Assembly: GCA_965227145.1 (NCBI GenBank)
Contig: OZ245730.1
Coordinates: 451,661 to 515,660, forward strand
Direction: 5' to 3'
Source of the DNA: Calditrichia bacterium
Lineage (GTDB): Bacteria > Calditrichota > Calditrichia > RBG-13-44-9 > J075
Length of the DNA: 64,000 bases
Below, one piece after another: positions 34,194 through 42,541 of this stretch (its first letter is position 1; every line of letters begins with the position of its first letter). A program made the position numbers and the translations under genes. The notes below the pieces were generated by a model that saw nothing but the letters and a program-made list of their open reading frames with translations, did no database searches and was not told where the DNA came from.

Positions 34194-35417
34194 TTACCGG
34201 TACATAGTTATGATTTTCGGCGTGGCTGTGAGATAGGTTTCGGTCGTGACCTTCAGGTCGGTATGCCCGAGGATCTGCGAAAGGGCATACACATCCCCGC
34301 GGCGGTTCTCCAGAAAGTTGACCGCGAAAGTATGCCGGAGGCTGTGGATCGAAACGTTCTCCTGGAGATGGCACTTCATTTTGGCTACCCGGAAAAATTC
34401 GTTGACGCTGTTCCGGGAGCTGATCTCGAAAAACAGGTATCCGTCGAAGGCGCGCCGGCGCCAGGATTCGGCGTTTTTGTTTCCGGAGTCAAACAGCAGC
34501 TCGTTCAGCTTTTGGGGATCGCTCATAATCGCCCGGCGGCGTTCAATGATTTCCATAACATCGTTCACCGGCACCCAGCGGGCCTTTTCCTTGAACTTCC
34601 GGGAGCCCTTGCCAATCACCCTCAGGAAGTGCCGGGTTTCGCCGTCGATATCGTTGGTCCGGAGGCGGTTGATGTTCACGTCCAGTATCTCGCTTCTGCG
34701 GAGCCCGGTTTTTAGCCCGAACTCAAAAAAGTCGAGATGCCAGGAAACCTCGCTTTTTTCCAGATACCGGCGGATTTTTTGGATTTCGCTTTCCTCCAGA
34801 TACCTGGGCGAGGTATCCACGTTGAGCAGCGGAAAGCCGATAAACGGGTTGACAGGTATCAACCCGAGTTTTCTGGCATGGCTGAACGCCGAGCGCAAGG
34901 TGCGCAGGTGGACGTTGATCGATGTTGGCTTATAGGGCTTGCCGAATTTGGTGGTGGAGCCAAGCAGGGTATCAATAAAGTGCTGGACGGCGTTCCGGCT
35001 GATTTCCGAAAGCAGGCGCTGCTCCCCAAAAACGGTGATGAGCAGCTTGGTGCTTTGGTTGTCCGTGTCGAATGTGTTCTGGGAAATGTTGCCTCGCTCG
35101 ATTTCCTTTTCCCGGTGGTCCAAGTAGAGCCTGCGGAACTTGCCGAGCGTCATTTTATTCAGATGCGGCAGGTATTCCTTTAGGTTGAAGGACTCCAGCG
35201 CCACCTCGCCCTGGATTTTCCGGAGCGCCTTTTCTGCGACGGCTAGCGCCTTACGGGTGTCGGTTCGGAGGTCAACGTGCTTAATTGTAATGCTTTTGGT
35301 GGAGCCGTCTTGAAATGTAATGAGAATATACGGGCGCTTTCTGCCGGTCCACGGCAGGCTTGCCAGAACCTGCTCCGGCGATGGCTTCAGCTGGACATAG
35401 CGAATCCGGTTATTCAT
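34194..35417 (-). CDS. int: tyrosine-type site-specific integrase
   Basis: C-terminal catalytic motifs (HSLRHTFAV…LGHTDLKVTTETYL). 407 aa. Lies adjacent to the tRNA. Confidence 0.85.
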   Translation of the reverse strand: MNNRIRYVQLKPSPEQVLASLPWTGRKRPYILITFQDGSTKSITIKHVDLRTDTRKALAVAEKALRKIQGEVALESFNLKEYLPHLNKMTLGKFRRLYLDHREKEIERGNISQNTFDTDNQSTKLLITVFGEQRLLSEISRNAVQHFIDTLLGSTTKFGKPYKPTSINVHLRTLRSAFSHARKLGLIPVNPFIGFPLLNVDTSPRYLEESEIQKIRRYLEKSEVSWHLDFFEFGLKTGLRRSEILDVNINRLRTNDIDGETRHFLRVIGKGSRKFKEKARWVPVNDVMEIIERRRAIMSDPQKLNELLFDSGNKNAESWRRRAFDGYLFFEISSRNSVNEFFRVAKMKCHLQENVSIHSLRHTFAVNFLENRRGDVYALSQILGHTDLKVTTETYLTATPKIITMYR

Positions 35418-35438
35418 TGGTCAGCCCTCTCATGCATT

Positions 35439-35696
35439 TCAATGATCGTTATTCTTAACTTCAGTAATACGAACTTTTTTTCCGCGAATCAATACCAATT
35501 TGATTGTTTCGCCGGCGTTGGTTCTGCCCGTGATGGTCGTGTAGTGCTTTTTCTCCTTGTCCTTTGGATCGATAATGACGGAAATGATGACCTCGGGCGA
35601 GTAGTCCTCAATTGCGTCGATGAATTTTTTGAGTTTTTTTCCGGTGGGAGCCGGTAGCTGCTTTTGCAGAAGCTGCAATACTTCCTTGACGTACAA
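35439..35696 (-). CDS. small hypothetical protein between integrase and umuD-like gene
   Basis: 85-aa basic ORF, 21 nt upstream of integrase on the same strand. No motif recognised. Confidence 0.3.
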   Translation of the reverse strand: MYVKEVLQLLQKQLPAPTGKKLKKFIDAIEDYSPEVIISVIIDPKDKEKKHYTTITGRTNAGETIKLVLIRGKKVRITEVKNNDH

Positions 35697-35873
35697 TTCG
35701 CCTACCTCCTTATATAGGAATGGATGTATGTATTACTAGCCTCGATTGAACCCGAACAAAAATAAATTACCCGAAATAAAAATGCAACAACTTTTTAGTG
35801 AACTTTTATATACTATTTTTCTTGACATATGTCACTCCAGTTTTTACTTTTGCCCTGAGAGAAAAACAACAAT

Positions 35874-36293
35874 ATGGAGGTTACTTTGAAGATCGTAACA
35901 GCAACCCAGCAGCAAGTCAAGTTTATTTTGGCGCCGGCAATGGCCGGCTTTCCATCGCCGGCGGATGACTATCTGGAGGGCAGCCTGGATCTGACCCAGC
36001 TGATGATTTACCACCCGGCCGAAACCTACCTGTTCAATGTCAAGGGTAACTCGATGGTAGATGCGCATATTGACGACGGGGACATGCTTTTAGTGGACCG
36101 GGCGATTAAGCCCCAGAACGGGGATCTGGTTCTGGCGAAGCTAGACGGCTGTTTTCTTGTTAAAAAGTATTTCAACAAGGGCAGCTATGTTGTCCTGGCG
36201 TCATGCAATAAGGACTACGAGCCCATCCGGATTGAGGAGGGGCGGGAGTTTGAGGTGTTTGGGAAGGTAATATTTGCGATACGGCCTAGGTAA
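35874..36293 (+). CDS. UmuD-like S24 peptidase domain protein (no HTH, no adjacent umuC)
   Basis: 139 aa. The protein carries the GFPSPADDY cleavage-site region, the Ser nucleophile in GNSM and the Lys in LVKKYF. It is colinear with UmuD/LexA C-domains. Confidence 0.75.
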   Translation: MEVTLKIVTATQQQVKFILAPAMAGFPSPADDYLEGSLDLTQLMIYHPAETYLFNVKGNSMVDAHIDDGDMLLVDRAIKPQNGDLVLAKLDGCFLVKKYFNKGSYVVLASCNKDYEPIRIEEGREFEVFGKVIFAIRPR

Positions 36294-36466
36294 GTGCAAA
36301 GCTTAAAGACCGGTGAGAAAATTTGAGAAATCGATTTACGACTTGTCTGAATCACCTCTTGTTCAATGGTGTGCCAAAGGGTGAGGTCGAAGTCGTTTGC
36401 AGAAAACAACACCATTCGATTCCCGGCAAGAGTTCCCGAATTAAATCACGGATCAATAAATAAATA

Positions 36467-37138
36467 TTAACTATTAAATATCTGATTAAAATTATAGAAG
36501 CAAGTCGGTTCGCTATTGTTCTTATTGTACTGCTTAAATTTCTTTGTGAGATTTGAAATAGCAATATACTTTGACATACTGTCACAGGTCTTTGATTTTC
36601 TTGCTTTTTGTAAAATTTTTAGTTGCACATCTTCAATTGAAATTAGACCAACTCCATTATTTTTCAAGATTTGGAGATCAACATTTTTAACATATCTTGA
36701 ATGTATTGCAAGGTAAGAATAGTCCGAAAAGTAACTATACCTAAGTGCTTGGTAAAAGCCCCCCCGCCAATCTTTAACTTTTACTTCTACCGAAGAAAGA
36801 GAGGGTAACTTTGAAAAATCTATATAATAATTAATAAAAATCGAGTTGTTGTTTACTATTAATAAATTTTTGCTAATTAGTTCTTTGACTATGTTGTCTG
36901 TTTTTCTTTTTGCTAACTTAGATTGGCTGTAAAGGTCATAAGTGTTTTCAATGCGATTTTCAACAATTGCGTTATATATTTTCAAGGTATAATAATCGTT
37001 GATATATGGGCTGTTGACTTTTTTATCCAAGAAAGCGATATCCGGAATTCCTATACCCATCCTAACCTCATTGGCATAGACAACTTTGCAACGTTCCAGA
37101 ACGTTATTAAATGTTGCGACTAGCTCATTTTCTTTCAT
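36467..37138 (-). CDS. hypothetical protein, possible PD-(D/E)xK-type nuclease, co-operonic with kinase fusion
   Basis: Starts 3 nt after the kinase stop on the same strand and is AT-rich. Candidate motifs GIGIPDIAF…VEVKVK…QALRY (hPD…ExK…QxxxY), but the spacing is atypical. Confidence 0.5.
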   Translation of the reverse strand: MKENELVATFNNVLERCKVVYANEVRMGIGIPDIAFLDKKVNSPYINDYYTLKIYNAIVENRIENTYDLYSQSKLAKRKTDNIVKELISKNLLIVNNNSIFINYYIDFSKLPSLSSVEVKVKDWRGGFYQALRYSYFSDYSYLAIHSRYVKNVDLQILKNNGVGLISIEDVQLKILQKARKSKTCDSMSKYIAISNLTKKFKQYNKNNSEPTCFYNFNQIFNS

Positions 37139-37140
37139 TA

Positions 37141-39198
37141 CTATATACCATAAAGTTTTCTTAGTTTTTCAATTACTAACTGCCAGTTATTCAAAAATTG
37201 ATAACTTTCAGGCTTAAATATAGCCTTAAGAGCCTTGTAATAATTTAAACTTTCGACTATATCGTTATTGAGTTTATCCAATCTTTCTGTCGTTGTTTTT
37301 TGTAACAATATATCAATTTCATTTTGGATACGATACAAAAAGTGCTTTTTGGTGTTTTTGTCAATAATTATGTCTTCAGGTGGTTTTCCCTTGCAATAGG
37401 GACAATTGCAGGCCAAGTTTTTTCCAGTGGCTCCTGCGAGAATTGCAAAAAGTTTTGATGGGTCTTTTCGATTAATAGGGACATTCGCAAAAAGCTCAGG
37501 TATATAATATCTAACAAATAAATTATATGAATCTGTTCTGTCTTTGTATAAATCCTCATAAAAACTTTCAAATCTTGCGCTACCAGACTCAAAGCCATGG
37601 ATTCCAAATGCAAGTAGTAACAAGCCAATTAAGCCTACTCTACCGGCAATGACTGGTTTACCAGAAGAAACTTGTAATGTTCTGAGTGTCTGAATGAAGT
37701 GGTATAGCTCTGAAGTTGATGATTGATGATTTATGCAATCGACATAAATAAGATAGCCGTCACATGGGAGACCAGTTAAAATGTTAATAAAATATTCTTT
37801 TTCAACCTTACTTGTTAATATCTCTGAACGAATTGAAAAACCTGCGATTAGAGGAATTGAAATATTGTTTTCATCTAGATACATCCTAGTTTGTTTTATT
37901 AGGCGATAATCGACATTAAACCAGTTTAGCTGCCTATCGTGTTTTATTGTTATGTGTTCAGAATTATTACTTACGTGAAAGGGGCTGACTAAATAAGTGG
38001 GATCATGTTCCAGTTGAGTATCAATAACGCTTTTTATATATTGGTATCTTTTTGTGTCATCATCTAAGTCAGATAACTCGATTTTTGAATAATTACTAGG
38101 CGCATAAGGTAGTTGTGTTAAACCTTTTACATCTGAAAAAGTATCATATGCTAAACGCATTGTTGCAGGGTCAAACATTAAATTTATTTTGGGGTTTTGT
38201 AGAATTTTTAGCAAATTTTTTTGTTGATATTGATGGTTGATCGGGAAAATAGCATTTTTTATTTTATACCCGTCATTGAGGTACTCAGTTAATACTTGCT
38301 TCTCGTTCCAAGTTCTCAAATAAAGCCCTGGTTCAAAGTAATTACGATTATGCTTTGGTAGTTGGTTATTTGTGATATTAAAGTATTTTTTTATATCAGA
38401 TATCGAATTTGGTCGATTATGTACAGTTTTTTCAAGAAGATGATAAATCAACTTTTCATAGGACGCATCTAAATCTGGTCGATATAATAATATAGAATCC
38501 GGCCTATTATTTAGAATTCTATAAAATAATTCAGGAAGTGAGGTTGCTCTCCCATAGGGACTTACTTTAGTAAGAATTTCAAAGTATAACACTCCTAAGG
38601 AATAATAATCAGAACGGTAATCTATATTTTTTGAATCATTTATTTGTTCTGGTGACATATACAGTGGGCTACCAATTTGGCTTCCTGTGCTGGTTAGCGA
38701 GGAATAATCAATAAGCTTTGAAAGCCCAAAGTCGAGAAGTTTTATTTCACCTGCGTTTGTTAAGTAGATATTCTCAGGCTTTAAGTCCCTATGAATTATT
38801 CCCTTAGAGTGTATTGCATTTAATCCTTCTAGTATTTGAAAAAAGATGTCCTTTTCATTAATTTGTCGATTATTCCTTATTATATCACGGATATCTGAGC
38901 CCTCAAGGAATTCCATCACGACATAGATATAAATTTGTGAATTTTCTATTAATTCTCCACTCTCAATGTATTTGATCACATTTGGGTGATCGATTCTTGT
39001 TAAGGTTTCAATCTCTCTTGAAATACGGTTATTCGCCCCTCGTGTAAATTCCTCATAAACATATTCTCTATTAAATATTTTAATGGCATAGGTTTTAGAA
39101 GTAGTATCCCTAATGCATTTATAGACTGATCCAAATGCACCTTTTCCAATAAAAGAGGATATTGAATAGCATCCAATTTTTTTTCCTAACATTACCAT
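37141..39198 (-). CDS. Hanks-type Ser/Thr protein kinase fused to a C-terminal tRNA-guanine-transglycosylase(TGT)/DpdA-like domain
   Basis: Kinase subdomains: GKGAFGSVYKC (G-loop), YAIKIF (VAIK), HRDLKPENIYL (catalytic loop), DFGLSK (DFG), GSPLYMSPE (APE). The ~400-aa C-terminal domain contains LMFDPATM (cf. TGT DSGGYQ), GKPVIAGRVG…GIHGFES (cf. TGT KPxYLMGVG…GIDMFD) and a Zn-type CNCPYC (CxCxxC) followed by HFLYRIQNEI (cf. TGT His and HNL helix). Confidence 0.7.
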   Translation of the reverse strand: MVMLGKKIGCYSISSFIGKGAFGSVYKCIRDTTSKTYAIKIFNREYVYEEFTRGANNRISREIETLTRIDHPNVIKYIESGELIENSQIYIYVVMEFLEGSDIRDIIRNNRQINEKDIFFQILEGLNAIHSKGIIHRDLKPENIYLTNAGEIKLLDFGLSKLIDYSSLTSTGSQIGSPLYMSPEQINDSKNIDYRSDYYSLGVLYFEILTKVSPYGRATSLPELFYRILNNRPDSILLYRPDLDASYEKLIYHLLEKTVHNRPNSISDIKKYFNITNNQLPKHNRNYFEPGLYLRTWNEKQVLTEYLNDGYKIKNAIFPINHQYQQKNLLKILQNPKINLMFDPATMRLAYDTFSDVKGLTQLPYAPSNYSKIELSDLDDDTKRYQYIKSVIDTQLEHDPTYLVSPFHVSNNSEHITIKHDRQLNWFNVDYRLIKQTRMYLDENNISIPLIAGFSIRSEILTSKVEKEYFINILTGLPCDGYLIYVDCINHQSSTSELYHFIQTLRTLQVSSGKPVIAGRVGLIGLLLLAFGIHGFESGSARFESFYEDLYKDRTDSYNLFVRYYIPELFANVPINRKDPSKLFAILAGATGKNLACNCPYCKGKPPEDIIIDKNTKKHFLYRIQNEIDILLQKTTTERLDKLNNDIVESLNYYKALKAIFKPESYQFLNNWQLVIEKLRKLYGI

Positions 39199-39369
39199 CC
39201 CTTTCCTTTAAAGAAGTCGTTACACATATTTTTAATACTACTGAAAAAATTTAAGTTCTTCGAAAGATCCTCATAAGTATTAAATGTTTGGAGTTTTTAG
39301 AATTAGATAAAAAACAAAGCTTAACAAGAATAATTCTTTGGGTTATTAAAAGTTAAATAAAAGAGGATT

Positions 39370-40365
39370 TCAGTCCTGCCAGGCAGTCAGAACTCCATTC
39401 TCAAAGTAAACATAAGTGCGATAATAAACCCACTGCTCATGAACTCCCCACGATCCAACCGACCTGTTAATATCACGAGGATCACCCCAGCTTGCACGTA
39501 CCATTTCCCTGCTCATTCCAATATAAATTTCTCCATTTAAGATTTGATTTTTTCTAGAACGTGATAATTTTGGATTGTCTCTAACGAATTTTTGTCTTCT
39601 TAAATCACTTTCAGAAATTAAAGCCACTTCACGATAGCTTACAAGATCCTTGCTTATCCAAGCATCTGTATACTTTTGTTTTAACTGTTTAAGGGTAGAC
39701 GGGGTAGTGTTATTATTTTTAATACGAATCTTAATCCAGCTTCCCGCTTCAAGATTTTTATAAACAATTTCTCCTTGCCTAAGAGTTGATACAATTTTGC
39801 CACCAGTTGATGATGTATCTCGTACATTGGCAGTTAGTGAGCTAATCCATAACGGTGTTGATTCATACTCAATGTCAAGTTTTTTGGCATTAGTGCTCTC
39901 GGCTTTTCGGTCTATTGAGCTTTTAAATGTGCCCTCATTATTAACATGAAAGCTTAACTCTCGTTTGATAGATGCAAGTTCATTTTGTAGTTTTGTAAAT
40001 GAGGATATGTCTGGTGAGTCTTTAATGAATGATTCAAAAATAAAACCCTTTTTACCTTGAAACTCAACAAAGGCATACTTTTGTGATTCATGTCTGTTTT
40101 CAATAAAACGAAATAAATGGATTTCATCTCCGGAACTAATTTTAGCAATTTTTTTTGAACTACGTGATCCTTCTCTGAATAAACTCGCGCCATATACCAG
40201 CTTGACGGTTAGCCCTTCATTATTGATCCTATTAATTTGTGTTTCTAATTTTTTTTCAAGAAGTGTTAAGCTATCAAGTTTAGCCACATATAAGCGATTT
40301 GCTACGTCGGAGTACTGCGCATGGCAAATCAGGCTAACAAATAACAATAATATCGTAATTCTCAT
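39370..40365 (-). CDS. secreted protein with C-terminal BamE/SmpA_OmlA-like domain
   Basis: Signal peptide MRITILLLFVSLICHAQ. C-terminus GMSREMVRASWGDPRDINRSVGSWGVHEQWVYY…NGVLTAWQD resembles the BamE fold signature. AT-rich. Confidence 0.5.
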   Translation of the reverse strand: MRITILLLFVSLICHAQYSDVANRLYVAKLDSLTLLEKKLETQINRINNEGLTVKLVYGASLFREGSRSSKKIAKISSGDEIHLFRFIENRHESQKYAFVEFQGKKGFIFESFIKDSPDISSFTKLQNELASIKRELSFHVNNEGTFKSSIDRKAESTNAKKLDIEYESTPLWISSLTANVRDTSSTGGKIVSTLRQGEIVYKNLEAGSWIKIRIKNNNTTPSTLKQLKQKYTDAWISKDLVSYREVALISESDLRRQKFVRDNPKLSRSRKNQILNGEIYIGMSREMVRASWGDPRDINRSVGSWGVHEQWVYYRTYVYFENGVLTAWQD

Positions 40366-40418
40366 CTTTTCCCTCGCCGAATGACAAAAAATTAGATATT
40401 TATTTATTTCAAAAGTCC

Positions 40419-40862
40419 TTATCTCCCCAAAAACTTCTCAATCTCCTTCCGGTCCGGATCGGTGATGCTGCCGAGCTGGGTCAGCTTTGCCTTCGTCTCG
40501 AAGATGACCTCCTCGCACTGCTGCAGAGCTTCCGGGCTTACGGCGTTGGATTCCTCCGCGTCCATGTGAAATCCCAGCATAAAGTTCAGAAAGTTGTTCA
40601 GGATGTGCTGGCTTGACCTAACGGACGCCAGAAACACCTCCCTTTTTTCCTGCTCCTTTTTCGCCATCTGCTCAAAATGGTGCTTGATAAGTATATATAG
40701 CATCGCAGTAGTTGCGACGACAAAAAGCCACCCCTTGAACGTTTGGGCTACGGTAACAAGATCAAGGGTTTTAAATAAAAGAGCTACGGCTTTATCTGAA
40801 AGCAAAATCCATATAGTGCCAATCATGAAATAGATCAGCGGGATTTTAAGCTGAGGCTTCAT
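40419..40862 (-). CDS. small membrane protein (2 TM helices + helical C-terminal domain)
   Basis: Hydrophobic helices IYFMIGTIWILL and WLFVVATTAMLYILI. 147 aa. Confidence 0.4.
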   Translation of the reverse strand: MKPQLKIPLIYFMIGTIWILLSDKAVALLFKTLDLVTVAQTFKGWLFVVATTAMLYILIKHHFEQMAKKEQEKREVFLASVRSSQHILNNFLNFMLGFHMDAEESNAVSPEALQQCEEVIFETKAKLTQLGSITDPDRKEIEKFLGR

Positions 40863-40973
40863 TAACAGTTACTCCGATTTGTGGTTTCATAGATCACAGC
40901 ACAGATGGGTAGCTGAATGTAGCCAGTTTTTATATCGAAAGAAATCCGCGATTACGGAGCTTTGGAGTGATTT

Positions 40974-41011
40974 TCTCTGTAATTACGGAGAGCTTCTCTG
41001 TAATTACGGAG
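40974..41011. repeat. direct repeats TCTCTGTAATTACGGAG x2 (21-bp phasing) plus third ATTACGGAG copy at 40951
   Basis: 17-bp units at 40974-40990 and 40995-41011. Core ATTACGGAG also at 40951-40959. They lie between the membrane-protein gene and the cI-like gene. Confidence 0.6.
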
Positions 41012-41047
41012 GGCAATATGTCAAAATACAGAGGCGCAAACGGCCTT

Positions 41048-41440
41048 TTAGTCGAGGTCGTCTACCATCCCCTTTAAAAATTCCAGAATGCTTTCCCGCT
41101 TTTTTTCGGGCATCCGCATGAGCAGGTCGTAGATTTCTTTCATGTCCGGGCGGAGTTCGTTTTGGGGTATTGGCTTTGATTTCTCAAAGTATACCAAATC
41201 GCCATCCTCAATAATTTCACGATTAAACGCCTCAGCTATTGACCTTACAGTTGCTTCCTGAACGTTTTGCGTTTCGCCAATGATGATTTTTCTTAGTCCT
41301 GGGTAAGACATGCCTACTCGTTTTGCCATTTCGGGAATTGACAAACGCTCCTCTTTTCGAAGCTCCTCTATGGCCTCCCTGATGTTCGAGTATCGCATAT
41401 CAAAATATAGCACTTGTCTAATCCTTTGTAAATGAAACAC
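41048..41440 (-). CDS. XRE/cI-like HTH transcriptional regulator (prophage repressor candidate)
   Basis: HTH segment IPEMAKRVGMSYPGLRKIIIGE. Divergently oriented from the rightward early genes, with an operator-like palindrome in the intergenic region. Confidence 0.6.
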   Translation of the reverse strand: MFHLQRIRQVLYFDMRYSNIREAIEELRKEERLSIPEMAKRVGMSYPGLRKIIIGETQNVQEATVRSIAEAFNREIIEDGDLVYFEKSKPIPQNELRPDMKEIYDLLMRMPEKKRESILEFLKGMVDDLD

Positions 41441-41476
41441 TTATAAACTTTTATAAATTTTTATAAAAAAATATTG

Positions 41477-41531
41477 CCTCGTTAGTTTATAGAAGTTATA
41501 TTATTTCCGTTACTTTTATAAACTAACGAGG
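41477..41531. promoter_or_regulatory. perfect 15-bp inverted repeat (CCTCGTTAGTTTATA / TATAAACTAACGAGG) with 25-bp spacer in divergent promoter region; candidate operator
   Basis: Arms at 41477-41491 and 41517-41531 are exact reverse complements. AT-rich TTATAAA direct repeats lie at 41441-41470. Confidence 0.55.
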
Positions 41532-41536
41532 ACAAC

Positions 41537-41773
41537 ATGGATCGAACATCAATTTCCGTTTTCAAACCAACCAAGGAAAAATTTGACCAGGCACGGCGGA
41601 AGTATCCCAAATACACAGCCAACGATGACGAGTTTTTGTCTTGCCTGCTTCATCTGTTTGATGATGCTGAAAATTCCATTTTCGAGGGTTCGGAAAACGC
41701 GGAAGCGCCATCCCTGTTGAGCAAAGATAATAACATTTCAAATTTTCAACAAGCCACAAAAGAAAGCGCATAA
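41537..41773 (+). CDS. small acidic hypothetical protein (early rightward gene)
   Basis: 78-aa ORF immediately downstream of the operator region. Confidence 0.35.
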   Translation: MDRTSISVFKPTKEKFDQARRKYPKYTANDDEFLSCLLHLFDDAENSIFEGSENAEAPSLLSKDNNISNFQQATKESA

Positions 41774-41783
41774 GGAGCGTGTT

Positions 41784-42122
41784 ATGCCAAAGCCAATTAA
41801 CCCATTTGATGTGCGGGAGCTGGTCCGGAAGGGGCATGTGCTTCCGCTGCTGCTGAACCAGCAGAATACCGCGGCTTTTATCGGCGTTTCGGAATCGCTG
41901 CTGAAGGTCTGGATTCAGGACGGCGTGTTTCCCGTCCGCCCGTTCAAAAACGGCTGGTACCGGCGAATTGACGTGGAAACCTACATCAACCAGCCTATTG
42001 AAAAAACGGACGACGAGCTGGTTGATGAGATATACTCAGATTTTCAAGCCGAGATGGGATCACACCACAGAAAGGAGGGCAGAGATTTTGGCGCGGCGGG
42101 CTCAAACGCTCTGAACGGCTGA
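41784..42122 (+). CDS. AlpA/excisionase-like HTH DNA-binding protein
   Basis: Segment LLNQQNTAAFIGVSESLLKVWIQDGVFPVRPF resembles MerR/AlpA-type excisionase HTHs. Confidence 0.45.
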   Translation: MPKPINPFDVRELVRKGHVLPLLLNQQNTAAFIGVSESLLKVWIQDGVFPVRPFKNGWYRRIDVETYINQPIEKTDDELVDEIYSDFQAEMGSHHRKEGRDFGAAGSNALNG

Positions 42123-42211
42123 CAGGCTTGCCGTACTTCGAAGGACGGGCGGCGGGCTCCTTGGGTTGAGGCGCCGCCCAAATTTTAACACCACAAAAGG
42201 GAAGGCAGATC

Positions 42212-42541
42212 ATGAAACGGACTTTTAAATCGCTCAAAAAAATCATTGACCGGCTGAAGCTTCGCCTGCGGCTGCTAACGGTTGCGACGGTTTGCAAGTG
42301 GCACGATAGCGTAACGCCGCCCATCAATATGCGTTCTGCCCTGCTGTTCTGGGTTTACTACAAAACCGGCAGGCTGGACGCATTTCACATTTCCGGGGGG
42401 ATTTGCCCGGCATGCGCTGCAAAGGTGCGGCAGTCTGCAGCGCTTCCGCAGCGGGCCGGCAGGTTCGAACGCGGGACTTTTTTCGACCGGTTAATGAGAA
42501 AATTCTTCAAAGGAGGTGAATCGAATGCTAACGCCAGTTGA
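42212..42541 (+). CDS. hypothetical protein
   Basis: 109-aa ORF with contains a Cys pair (ICPACAAK); no family recognised. Confidence 0.3.
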   Translation: MKRTFKSLKKIIDRLKLRLRLLTVATVCKWHDSVTPPINMRSALLFWVYYKTGRLDAFHISGGICPACAAKVRQSAALPQRAGRFERGTFFDRLMRKFFKGGESNANAS

